From: Pseudomonadota bacterium
GTDB lineage: Bacteria > Pseudomonadota > Gammaproteobacteria > Steroidobacterales > Steroidobacteraceae
NCBI GenBank assembly: GCA_031388915.1
Contig: JANMSB010000213.1
Location: forward strand, 1-33,609
Length of the DNA stretch: 33,609 nt
Direction: 5' to 3'
Position 1 is the stretch's first letter. Each line of letters opens with the position of its first letter. Made by a program: the position numbers and the translations under genes. The notes beneath the pieces were generated by a model, which saw only the letters and a list, made by a program, of their open reading frames with translations, was not told the origin of the DNA and searched no databases. Shown here piece after piece: positions 14,879 to 23,842 of the stretch.

Positions 14879-16834
14879 CTACTCCTGCGCCAACAACGTG
14901 GTTACATAGTTCAGCGCTTCCTTGGCGCTGTGCTCGTCATAGCCATACTCGTTCACCAAGCGCTGCTGCACGGCTGATACTTTCTTGCGCGCTTCGTCAT
15001 CGGGACGCGAGCTGGATGTCACCAGTCTCAATACATCGCGACGCTCTTCGAACAAATACTGCTCAATGGCTTCGTGCATGCGTGCATGACTGTTGAGCGT
15101 AAATTTATCGCCGGCCTTGAACGCCATCATGGCCTTGCGCACCACTTCCTGACGGAAGGAATGCTTGCCGGAATCGGATACTTTGATCTTTTCTTCCACT
15201 TGACGCAGGAAACGCTCGTCTGCCGGACGTGTTTCGTTGGTGATGGGATCAGTGACTTCGCGGTGATCCAACGAGGCCTCCACTTCGTCGAGATATTTCT
15301 CGAGCAGTTGCTGCGCCTCCTCTTCAAATGAGGCGAACAGCGCGCGATGAACATCCTCCTTGACCCAGCGGTTGTAGAAATCTTTACGCGCCAGCACCAA
15401 AAAATCAATCCATTGTTTTTTCTGCTTGGCGTCCATACGCGCATCGCTTTCCACCGAATCCTTCAGCGCCAGTAGCAATTCCATGCTGGTCAAGCTGGCG
15501 GCATCGGTGCGCGTGATAGCGTTCGATATAGCGTTGACGATGAAGCGTGGACTAACCCCACCCAAACCTTCATCGGGGGCCTCGGCACGCAGGCGCTGCG
15601 CTTCGTTCTCGCCAAAGCCTTCAACACTTTCGCCGGCGTAGATGCGCAGCTTCTTGGCTATATCCAATCCTTCCTTCTCTGGCTTTTGCAATCGAGTCAG
15701 GATGGAAAACACCGCTGCCAGCTTGAGCACATGCGGATCAAGATGCACATCGCGGAACGCCGGCGCACCCGATACCAGCTTCTGATAAATGCGCGCCTCG
15801 TCTTTATAGGAGAGCGCATACGGCACCTTGATGATGACCATGCGGTCGAGCAGCGCTTCGTTTTCCTTTTCCTGCAGAAACTTATGGAACTCCGCGAGAT
15901 TGGTATGCGCAACAATGGTTTCGTCGAGATAGATGAGCGGGAAGCGCGATACCTTGACGTTCTTTTCTTGCGTCAAGGTCAGCAGCAAGTACAGAAACTC
16001 GCGCTTCACCTTAAGTATCTCAATCATTTCCAGCATGCCGCGACTGGCGGCATACACCGCGCCCGACCAGGACCAGGCACGTGGATCGCCTTCGTCGCCG
16101 ACTTCGGCTACCTTCGATAGATCCACCGAACCCACCAAGTCGGCAATGTCTGCGGTGGTGGGATCGTGCGGCGCATACGTGCCCACGCCCATGCGCATGG
16201 CTTCCGACAGGAACACGCGCTCGACCGGTACGCGCAGATAATCGCCTTCGTACTCGCGTACTAACTTGTCGCGTGCCCAGGGACTCAACTCGCCAGTCAA
16301 TTCAACGCCGTAAGATTCGCGGAACTCGGCGCGCAAGCTGGTTGGAATCAAGTTCAGTGGCGACTCGTGCATCGGTGAACCCTTGATGGCATACACCGCG
16401 CCGTCGTCGGTACGACTGTATTCTTCCAGCCCGCGCTTGAGCAGGATGGCCATGGTGGATTTGCCGCCAGAGGGCGGCCCGAGCAACAACAGCAAGCGCC
16501 GACCGACATCCGAGCCCGCGGCTGCTGCTTTGAAATAGTCGATAACACGCGCCAGCGGCTCGTCGATGCCGTACAACTCGCGTTGAAAGAGTTCGCGGGA
16601 CTTTACGGTTTCATCCGTGCTGGCGGCAGATTTTCCGTACCAGCGCAACATGTCCCAGATGTATTGATGGCTGGTGCGCGCCAGCGCGCGCGATGCGTGC
16701 GGTAGCACGTCGTTGAGAAAGTCACCGAAGGTGCCTTCCCAGTGCTTGGCCTTGTGCTGTTTGCCAAAGGCACTCAAAGATTCAACAAACTTCGACTGAC
16801 GACCCGTCGAACCGTTGCCGATGTCGGACTGCAT
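14879..16834 (-). CDS. yeaG: PrkA/YeaG-family AAA+ serine protein kinase-like protein
   Basis: The ORF track starts at 16909. I prefer the ATG at 16834, which follows GGAGGAG. Walker A is LLLLGPPSGGKST. The ~651-aa length and the conserved triad context support the call. Confidence 0.85.
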   Translation of the reverse strand: MQSDIGNGSTGRQSKFVESLSAFGKQHKAKHWEGTFGDFLNDVLPHASRALARTSHQYIWDMLRWYGKSAASTDETVKSRELFQRELYGIDEPLARVIDYFKAAAAGSDVGRRLLLLLGPPSGGKSTMAILLKRGLEEYSRTDDGAVYAIKGSPMHESPLNLIPTSLRAEFRESYGVELTGELSPWARDKLVREYEGDYLRVPVERVFLSEAMRMGVGTYAPHDPTTADIADLVGSVDLSKVAEVGDEGDPRAWSWSGAVYAASRGMLEMIEILKVKREFLYLLLTLTQEKNVKVSRFPLIYLDETIVAHTNLAEFHKFLQEKENEALLDRMVIIKVPYALSYKDEARIYQKLVSGAPAFRDVHLDPHVLKLAAVFSILTRLQKPEKEGLDIAKKLRIYAGESVEGFGENEAQRLRAEAPDEGLGGVSPRFIVNAISNAITRTDAASLTSMELLLALKDSVESDARMDAKQKKQWIDFLVLARKDFYNRWVKEDVHRALFASFEEEAQQLLEKYLDEVEASLDHREVTDPITNETRPADERFLRQVEEKIKVSDSGKHSFRQEVVRKAMMAFKAGDKFTLNSHARMHEAIEQYLFEERRDVLRLVTSSSRPDDEARKKVSAVQQRLVNEYGYDEHSAKEALNYVTTLLAQE

Positions 16835-17002
16835 GGTCACTCCTCCGTTACAACGAAGCCGCACCCACCAAAACCGCCATCTTATTGCTTCGCCCTTCCT
16901 TGGAATCAAATCAACCTGCGTTCACCATCTTTATCGCGAGGTTATTAGTTAACTTAAGAATGAGACTACTCTTATTCAATTCCAGTTCCGTGAATCAGTA
17001 CA

Positions 17003-17018
17003 TGAAAACAACGTGCCA
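17003..17018 (-). promoter_or_regulatory. possible sigma-54 promoter upstream of prkA (imperfect -12)
   Basis: The minus strand reads TTGGCACGTTGTTTTCAT, that is TGGCAC-N5-TTTCA. The -24 element and the spacing are perfect, but the -12 reads TTTC instead of TTGC. It lies about 170 nt upstream of the prkA ATG. Confidence 0.25.
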
Positions 17019-17713
17019 AGGTTGCTGTCGAGTACAGCTCGAACACCTTCTTTCGAATAACCGCGTCTCTGCTGCAAACTTTATGATGCAACTTAGGCAT
17101 CTGGGCATGTGTAATTCAGCCAATCACTGATGTGGCTATTCACGTGCGCCATCGAACTGACCAACACCCCTGCGAAGTAACGAGCGATAAACAGCACCAC
17201 GCTGGCGCTATGACGCACTGCTTACGCATCATTTAGACGCATCAATTGGCCGCAATCAGTTGCAGCCGAGACAGTCACTTGAATCTAACCCGACCATCCT
17301 ATGCCCGATGCGGCAAACCACTCAGGCACCGAACGAATTATGAGTTTGCAGCAAGTGCTGACCGCCTACGAGGTGGTTTGGTGCTTGATGTCTGGCGGTG
17401 GCTCATCGTTGCTGAGCTTCAACCAGTCACCTGTGGCGCAACCATTGGCCAGATCAATTGTGGGCGATGAACCTACAAGCCGAGCGGCTACATCTCGATC
17501 CGTACCTCTACTAGACAACAACGATGCGTTCAGCCTGTTCGAACACCGGGATGCACCGATCGCCCGCGCAGGGGCCACACTGACGCAACGATAGCGGTAA
17601 CCACTGCCGTGGCAAGCACTACCGAGCTCGTTGTTTTAAGACGATGCTTTTTTAACGCCGCAATGCGCCTTTCAGCGCTTTCTAACACAGTCGAATTAGG
17701 CAAGCGGCGCTGG

Positions 17714-17902
17714 TCAGCGCAAGAGGGTCGCGACAATCAGCAACACAATGGTTGCTACTTGAGCAGCAACACGCGTCCACATCAATTTGGTGCAGAATTC
17801 TCGGTCGGTAGCGCCGCCGCCCGACATGGACAGCAAGCCCAACCCCATGGCGACGACGGTAGCAACTAACGCAAGGATGATGACGACCAGAAGCGGGTCC
17901 AT
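17714..17902 (-). CDS. twin-transmembrane-helix small protein (HIG1-domain-like)
   Basis: The ATG at 17902 follows AGGGGAA and gives a 62-aa product: MDPLLVVIILALVATVVAMGLGLLSMSGGGATDREFCTKLMWTRVAAQVATIVLLIVATLLR. It has two TM helices joined by a short polar loop, the architecture of the bacterial HIG1-like family. The track's 83-aa version carries an unlikely N-terminal extension. Confidence 0.6.
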   Translation of the reverse strand: MDPLLVVIILALVATVVAMGLGLLSMSGGGATDREFCTKLMWTRVAAQVATIVLLIVATLLR

Positions 17903-18173
17903 GGTGCATTCCCCTGTTCTTGAGATTTGTCGCGAATATATCACGTGTGGTTTTAAGCGCTCCACCGGTATGCCGCAATGCGCCCACCAAGCGAGTGTTC
18001 AACTCGTAGACAACCCTCGGCTTCGTCGACGCGAGTCCCGAGGCCTGCCACTTCCAAAGCCAAAATGTTTGTGACACACTCAGCTCGCATTCTATTTGGC
18101 GTACACGTCAAAATCGAATGCGATAAAGAGATCTTGCGCATCGGCAGCCGAATAACACGTATCGGGGGACGCC

Positions 18174-18740
18174 ATGAAATGCATGTATTATCTCGCGCCT
18201 AGCTTGACTAGCACTCATGATATTTCCGACGATTTGCATGAAGTTGGCGTCAAGGACTTCTACTTGCATGTGATTAGCAAGGACGAATCCGGGCTTAAGC
18301 AGCAACACATCCACTCTAGTAACTACCTTGAAACCTTGGACATCGTTCGCGATGGCTTCATTGGCGCGGCGCTGGGTTTTATCGTTGGCCTGATAGGCAT
18401 CGGTTTAATGATGTACCTGCAACCGTTCGGCCCCACGGTGCAAGTACCCACTTACGTCTATGTCATCTTAGTCGGCGTCGCAACGCTGTTTGGCGCCTGG
18501 GTGGGCGGCCTCACCGGCATTGATAGCGAGAACCATAAACTGAAGCGCTTTCACGACGATATTGCCGCCGGCAAATATCTGATCTTGGTATATGTGCGCA
18601 AGTATCAGGAACATGTGGTTCGACAAGTGATGACGGAACGGCATCCGGAAGCCAAGTTGGCGGCCATTGACACTCACTTTATCAATCCCTTCAGTAACGT
18701 TAGACCACCTTCAGAAGAAAGGCCGCTTCGCAGGGCATAA
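18174..18740 (+). CDS. hypothetical membrane protein with two glycine-zipper TM helices (DUF1269-like architecture)
   Basis: 188 aa. A soluble ~60-aa head is followed by GFIGAALGFIVGLIGIGLMMY and YVILVGVATLFGAWVGGLTGI, then a soluble tail. No catalytic motif was recognised. Confidence 0.5.
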   Translation: MKCMYYLAPSLTSTHDISDDLHEVGVKDFYLHVISKDESGLKQQHIHSSNYLETLDIVRDGFIGAALGFIVGLIGIGLMMYLQPFGPTVQVPTYVYVILVGVATLFGAWVGGLTGIDSENHKLKRFHDDIAAGKYLILVYVRKYQEHVVRQVMTERHPEAKLAAIDTHFINPFSNVRPPSEERPLRRA

Positions 18741-18864
18741 ACAATACGAACCCCCCGGCTTGGCCCACCCGCTATGTAGGTGTGTGCCGGGTTGAGTTCT
18801 CAGGTTGAGTTCAGTTCCAGAATCAATTCTAACTAGGGTTTGACTCGCACCAGAGGGCTGGCAA

Positions 18865-20217
18865 ATGACGATGGCATTTGCGCTGATCTTATTGGTTGTT
18901 GGCACGGTCCTGTTCCACTTCCTTAGTCCGTGGTGGTTCACTCCTATTGCGTCCAATTGGCAAACCATGGACACCACGGTAGATCTCACTTTCTGGATCA
19001 CCGGCATCGTGTTTGTCGCGATCAACTTATTCATGGCGTATGTGGTGTATCGCTATCGTCATCGTCAGGGGCTGCGCGCTCACTACGAACCCGAGAGCAA
19101 GAAACTGGAATGGTGGTTGACCGGCATCACCTCGGTGGGTATCGCCGCGATGCTGGCGCCGGGCTTGGCGGTATGGGCCAAATTCGTGACGGTGCCGAGC
19201 GATGCTGCGGTGGTCGAGGTGCTGGCCCAGCAATGGAATTGGAGTTATCGATTTCCGGGAAATGACGGCGTACTAGGCACCACCGGCGCACACCAAATCA
19301 GCGCCAACAATCCCTTCGGCATGAATCCGGACGACCCCAAGGGCTACGACGACATTCTGGTGTCCAGCGCGGAGCTACACCTGCCCATCGACAAACCAGT
19401 CAAGTTGCTGCTGCGTTCCAAGGACGTCAATCATCAATTCGTCGTGCCGCAATTCCGAGTCAAGATGGACATGGTGCCGGGCATGGTCACGTATGTCTGG
19501 CTCACCCCCACCATGACGGGCAATTTCGACGCGATCTGCGAACAGCTCTGCGGCATGCCGCACTTCACCATGCGCGGTCGCGTGGTGGTAGATAGCGAAA
19601 CAGACTTTCACACTTGGCTGTCGAAACAGCCCACCTATGCACAACTACGCGCTGACGTGGCAGGCGATGCTACCACCGGACAAGCGCTGTATGCCGTGTG
19701 TGCCGCGTGTCATGGCGCGGCAGGAGAAGGCAATCGCGAACTCAACGCGCCCAAACTCAGCGGACAATCGCATTGGTATCTGGCCAAGCAATTGCACGCC
19801 TTCAAACAAGGTTTGCGCGGCACGAATGAGCGGGAAGTGTACGCACAGCAAATGACGCCGTTTGCCGCAACCTTGGTCGACGAAGCCGCCGTCAAGAATG
19901 TCGTTGCCTACATCGCCACGCTGCCGGATAAACGCCCACTCGCCACCGTGGTGGGTAATCCCGAGCGCGGCAAGCGTCTCTATGTCACGTGTGCCTCCTG
20001 TCACGGCGCCGCAGCAGAGGGCGTGTGGGCGACCAATGCACCGCGCCTGTCAAGCATGAGCGATTGGTATTTGAAGCGGCAACTTCAGAACTTCCGTGAT
20101 GGAGTGCGTGGCGTGCATCCGCAAGATTTCAACGGCGCACAAATGGCGTCGATGGCCAAGGCATTGTCGGACGATCAGGCGATCAATGATTTGTTGGACT
20201 ATATGCGTCAACTATGA
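18865..20217 (+). CDS. coxB: cytochrome c oxidase subunit II fused to a dihaem cytochrome c domain
   Basis: Has N-terminal TM helices and a cupredoxin CuA site (CEQLCGMPHFTM, with the upstream HQF). Two C-terminal CXXCH motifs (CAACHG, CASCHG) sit in repeated cytochrome c modules (LSGQSHWYLAKQLHAFKQGLRG and LSSMSDWYLKRQLQNFRDGVRG). Confidence 0.85.
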   Translation: MTMAFALILLVVGTVLFHFLSPWWFTPIASNWQTMDTTVDLTFWITGIVFVAINLFMAYVVYRYRHRQGLRAHYEPESKKLEWWLTGITSVGIAAMLAPGLAVWAKFVTVPSDAAVVEVLAQQWNWSYRFPGNDGVLGTTGAHQISANNPFGMNPDDPKGYDDILVSSAELHLPIDKPVKLLLRSKDVNHQFVVPQFRVKMDMVPGMVTYVWLTPTMTGNFDAICEQLCGMPHFTMRGRVVVDSETDFHTWLSKQPTYAQLRADVAGDATTGQALYAVCAACHGAAGEGNRELNAPKLSGQSHWYLAKQLHAFKQGLRGTNEREVYAQQMTPFAATLVDEAAVKNVVAYIATLPDKRPLATVVGNPERGKRLYVTCASCHGAAAEGVWATNAPRLSSMSDWYLKRQLQNFRDGVRGVHPQDFNGAQMASMAKALSDDQAINDLLDYMRQL

Positions 20218-20253
20218 CGCTCTGATTTAGAACGGCGTGGAGAGGAGTTTCCG

Positions 20254-22035
20254 ATGGCGTACGTTGCAATTGCCGACCGCGATGATCCGCATGCGATGCA
20301 TGAACCGCAGTCCTTCCTAACCGCCTATATCTGGAGTCAGGACCACAAAGTCATTGCCATTCAGTACACCATCACGGCTATGGCCATCGGCGTGGTGGCG
20401 CTGGTGCTGTCGGTACTGATGCGCTTGCAGTTGGGGTTTCCTCATTCGTTCTCCTTCATCGCGCCGGAGAACTACTATCAGTTCATCACCATGCACGGAA
20501 TGATCATGGTGATCTACCTGCTCACCGCATTGTTCTTGGGCGGTTTTGGCAACTACCTCATTCCCTTGATGTGCGGCGCGCGCGATATGGCGTTTCCGTA
20601 CCTGAACATGCTCAGCTACTGGCTGTACTTGCTAGCCGTTTTGGTATTAGTGGCCGGCTTCTTCGTACCCGGCGGTCCCACCGGCGCGGGCTGGACCCTG
20701 TATCCGCCACAAGCCATTCTGCCCGGCACACCGGGAGCGACCTGGGGCATTTTATCCATGCTGGCATCGCTGGGCATTTTCATCATCGCATTCACCATGG
20801 GTGGCTTGAACTATGTCACCACGGTGTTGCAATCGCGCTGTCGCGGCATGACTCTGATGCGGCTGCCATTGTCAGTGTGGGGCATCTTCATGGCCACGGT
20901 ACTGGGCTTGCTGGCCTTTCCCGCCTTGTTTGTATCGGCCATCATGATGACGCTGGATAGCGTGCTCGGCACCAGCTTCTTCATGCCTGCGTTGGTGTCC
21001 ATGGGGCAACCAGCCACATACAGTGGCGGCAGCCCGTTACTGTTCCAACATTTGTTCTGGTTCTTCGGCCATCCTGAGGTGTACATCGTAGCGTTGCCGG
21101 CCTTCGGCATCGTCTCGGATTTGCTTAGCACGCACGCACGCCGACACATCTTCGGCTACCGGATGATGGTGTGGGCCATTCTCGCCATCGGCTGTCTGAG
21201 CTTTGTAGTGTGGGCACACCACATGTACATCAGCGGCATGAATCCGTATTTCGGCTTTTTCTTCGCCACCACGACGTTAATCATTGCGGTACCCACGGCG
21301 ATCAAGGTTTACAACTGGGTACTCACGCTGTGGCGCGGCGACATTCATCTCACCGTGCCGATGCTGTTTTCCATCGGCTTTATTTTTACCTTCATCAACG
21401 GCGGCCTGACCGGTTTGTTCCTGGGCAATGTCACTGTGGATGTGCCGCTGTCCGCCACTTACTTCGTGGTCGCACACTTTCATCTGGTGATGGGTGTATC
21501 GCCGATATTGGTGGTGTTCGGCGCTCTTTATCACTGGTACCCGAAAGCCACTGGCCGCATGTTGAACGATACGCTGGGCAAGATTCATTTCTGGATGACC
21601 TTCATCGGCACCTATGCCATCTACCTGCCCATGTACTACTTGGGAATTTTGGGCGTACCGCGCCGCTACTATGCCTACAGCAGCGCTATCGAATTTATTC
21701 CGCCCTCGGTAGAAACCATGAATCGCTGGATCACTATCTCGGCGATAGTGGTGGCCCTGGTGCAGTTGGTGTTCTTGTTCAACCTGGTTTGGTCGCTATT
21801 CAAAGGTAAGCCCGCCGGCGGCAATCCTTGGGGCGCCACGTCGCTGGAATGGCAAACTCCCGATACGCCACCGAAGCACGGCAACTGGGGTCCGAAGCTA
21901 CCGGTGGTATATCGCTGGGCTTACGACTACAGCGTGCCGGGCGCGTCACAAGATTTCATTCCGCAAAATGTATCTCCCGATGAACCGATGGCTGCAGGTA
22001 TAACTCTTGGCCGCGATCACGGAGCACACTCTTGA
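20254..22035 (+). CDS. ctaD: cytochrome c oxidase subunit I (A-type haem-copper oxidase)
   Basis: 593 aa with WFFGHPEVYI, GARDMAFPYLN (D-channel Asp), VWAHHMY and VVAHFHLV, which are the canonical haem a/a3-CuB ligand motifs. Confidence 0.92.
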   Translation: MAYVAIADRDDPHAMHEPQSFLTAYIWSQDHKVIAIQYTITAMAIGVVALVLSVLMRLQLGFPHSFSFIAPENYYQFITMHGMIMVIYLLTALFLGGFGNYLIPLMCGARDMAFPYLNMLSYWLYLLAVLVLVAGFFVPGGPTGAGWTLYPPQAILPGTPGATWGILSMLASLGIFIIAFTMGGLNYVTTVLQSRCRGMTLMRLPLSVWGIFMATVLGLLAFPALFVSAIMMTLDSVLGTSFFMPALVSMGQPATYSGGSPLLFQHLFWFFGHPEVYIVALPAFGIVSDLLSTHARRHIFGYRMMVWAILAIGCLSFVVWAHHMYISGMNPYFGFFFATTTLIIAVPTAIKVYNWVLTLWRGDIHLTVPMLFSIGFIFTFINGGLTGLFLGNVTVDVPLSATYFVVAHFHLVMGVSPILVVFGALYHWYPKATGRMLNDTLGKIHFWMTFIGTYAIYLPMYYLGILGVPRRYYAYSSAIEFIPPSVETMNRWITISAIVVALVQLVFLFNLVWSLFKGKPAGGNPWGATSLEWQTPDTPPKHGNWGPKLPVVYRWAYDYSVPGASQDFIPQNVSPDEPMAAGITLGRDHGAHS

Positions 22036-22037
22036 AC

Positions 22038-22745
22038 ATGACTGTTGCCTTTGCTGCGTTGTGCGCCGGCATCGTCGTCTGGTGGCTGCTGGTGCGACGC
22101 CTCACTGTCAAACCCTGGGAACGCACCCTGGCCACCGATGCGTTGGTATCTGGGCCGGTAAACAATGTGCCGTCAACGCCGACAGCCAAGGTTGGTCTGT
22201 GGGTGTTTCTCACCGTGATCACCGCGTTGTTCGGGCTGTTTATTTCCGCCTACTTCATACGCATGGGTTACGGGCATGGCCATGGCGCGAAACAAGCCAT
22301 TCAGATGAACGATTGGCGCGCGGTCGCCGAGCCGCCTATTTTGTGGCTTAACACGGTGCTGCTAATTATCAGCAGCATCTTGATGCAAGCCGCGCGACAT
22401 GCGGCTGCCGCTCAGCAACCGGAACGCGCCAGACATCATCTGATTGCCGGCGGCGTACTCACCATACTGTTCCTCGCGGGGCAACTCACCGCCTGGCAAC
22501 AACTGAGCAACTCCGGATACGTGTTGGGCAGCAATCCCGCTGCTGCGTTCTTTTATCTGCTCACCGCGATACATGGCCTGCATTTATTGGGCGGCTTGTT
22601 CGTGTGGGCAAAAACCTTGGTGCGTTGGTGGACACGTGACGCCGAGTTGATTGATATGAATTTGAGCGTGGAGCTGAGCAGCGTTTATTGGCACTACCTG
22701 CTGCTCGTCTGGCTGGTGCTGTTTGCATTGCTGCTATACACCTAA
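22038..22745 (+). CDS. haem-copper oxidase subunit III-like protein (divergent paralogue)
   Basis: The track starts at a TTG at 22032 that overlaps the ctaD stop; an ATG at 22038 follows GGAG. The multi-TM protein has subunit-III-like helices (FFYLLTAIHGLHLLGGLFVW, SVYWHYLLLVWLVLFALLLY). Confidence 0.65.
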   Translation: MTVAFAALCAGIVVWWLLVRRLTVKPWERTLATDALVSGPVNNVPSTPTAKVGLWVFLTVITALFGLFISAYFIRMGYGHGHGAKQAIQMNDWRAVAEPPILWLNTVLLIISSILMQAARHAAAAQQPERARHHLIAGGVLTILFLAGQLTAWQQLSNSGYVLGSNPAAAFFYLLTAIHGLHLLGGLFVWAKTLVRWWTRDAELIDMNLSVELSSVYWHYLLLVWLVLFALLLYT

Positions 22746-22756
22746 GGACTACCGGT

Positions 22757-23455
22757 ATGTCAGAACAAGTACTCACCACGGGCCAAGAAACCACCGCAAG
22801 CACGGCTGAGGGCTTGCCAGGCGTTACGGCCGACTGGTCCGCCGACAAACAAGTGTTTCCAGTGCCCTGGGGCAAGGCCATGATGTGGATCTTCCTGCTC
22901 AGCGACACGTTCATCTTCAGCTGCTTCCTCACCTCGTACATGAATGTGCGCATGTCGACCACCGATAAGTGGCCGAATTCCAGCGAAGTGTTTTCATTGA
23001 CTGTCGGCGGCGAAACGGTGCCACTGCTGCTGATCGCCATCATGACCATGGTGCTGATCACCAGCAGCGGCACCATGGCGATGGCGGTGAACTACGGTTA
23101 TCGACGCAACCGCAAGTACACCAGCTTGCTGATGCTGGCGACCGCTTTGCTGGGCGCCGCCTTTGTCGGCATGCAGGCCTTCGAGTGGACCAAGCTGATT
23201 GTCGAAGAAGGCATACGTCCCTGGAGCAATCCCTTGGGCGCGGCGCAATTCGGCTCAACGTTTTTTATGATCACCGGCTTCCACGGCCTGCACGTGTCGG
23301 CCGGGGTGATTTATCTACTGGTGGTCGCCAACCGAGTGCGCAATGGCTTCTACGATCGCAAAGGCAGCTATGAAACCGTTGAAGTGACCGGGTTGTATTG
23401 GCACTTCGTCGATCTGGTATGGGTATTTATCTTCGCGTTCTTTTATCTCTGGTAG
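22757..23455 (+). CDS. ctaE: cytochrome c oxidase subunit III
   Basis: The ATG at 22757 gives 232 aa, with FFMITGFHGLHVSAGVIYLLV and LYWHFVDLVWVFIFAFFYLW, both canonical subunit III motifs. The track's upstream extension (from 22688) overlaps the preceding gene. Confidence 0.85.
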   Translation: MSEQVLTTGQETTASTAEGLPGVTADWSADKQVFPVPWGKAMMWIFLLSDTFIFSCFLTSYMNVRMSTTDKWPNSSEVFSLTVGGETVPLLLIAIMTMVLITSSGTMAMAVNYGYRRNRKYTSLLMLATALLGAAFVGMQAFEWTKLIVEEGIRPWSNPLGAAQFGSTFFMITGFHGLHVSAGVIYLLVVANRVRNGFYDRKGSYETVEVTGLYWHFVDLVWVFIFAFFYLW

Positions 23456-23463
23456 GAGACGAC

Positions 23464-23811
23464 ATGCAACACGCTGCAAGCTCCGAACATGCCCCTGAAA
23501 ATGTTGAGGGACAACAACATCCCATCGGAATCTATCTGAAGATATGGGCGCTGCTGTTTATCCTCAGCACGTTTTCCTACATGGTGGACTACTTCCAAGT
23601 GCAAGGTTTGTTGCGCTGGACACTGATCATCGTTTTCATGCTGGTCAAGGCGGGCATCATCGTCGCCGTCTTTATGCACATGACGTGGGAACGACTGGCG
23701 TTGAAACTCGCGATTCTGGTGCCGCCGCTATGCTTGTTAATTTTGATCGGGCTGATGGCGATCGAGGGGAACCACACATTCTTGACGCGCGGCGCAGCTT
23801 TCGTTCAATGA
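23464..23811 (+). CDS. ctaF: prokaryotic cytochrome c oxidase subunit IV-family protein
   Basis: The ATG at 23464 follows AGGAGA and gives 115 aa with three TM helices (YLKIWALLFILSTFSYMV, LIIVFMLVKAGIIVAVFMHM, LAILVPPLCLLILIGLMAI). The call rests on position after subunit III plus the typical KA..V...FMH motif. Confidence 0.7.
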   Translation: MQHAASSEHAPENVEGQQHPIGIYLKIWALLFILSTFSYMVDYFQVQGLLRWTLIIVFMLVKAGIIVAVFMHMTWERLALKLAILVPPLCLLILIGLMAIEGNHTFLTRGAAFVQ

Positions 23812-23842
23812 TTTCGCCAGCCACACCGCAGCAGCGTCACCC

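Noticed and set aside
17301-17594. 97-aa plus-strand ORF in the prkA-upstream gap.
   Set aside because: It has no RBS and no motif, its composition is unlike that of neighbouring genes, and it overlaps the equally weak minus-strand frames. It is kept only as part of the finding on the apparently gene-free region.
22561-23076. 171-aa minus-strand ORF across the junction of the subunit III genes.
   Set aside because: It is antisense to two genes with strong oxidase subunit III motifs, and it has no RBS or motifs of its own.
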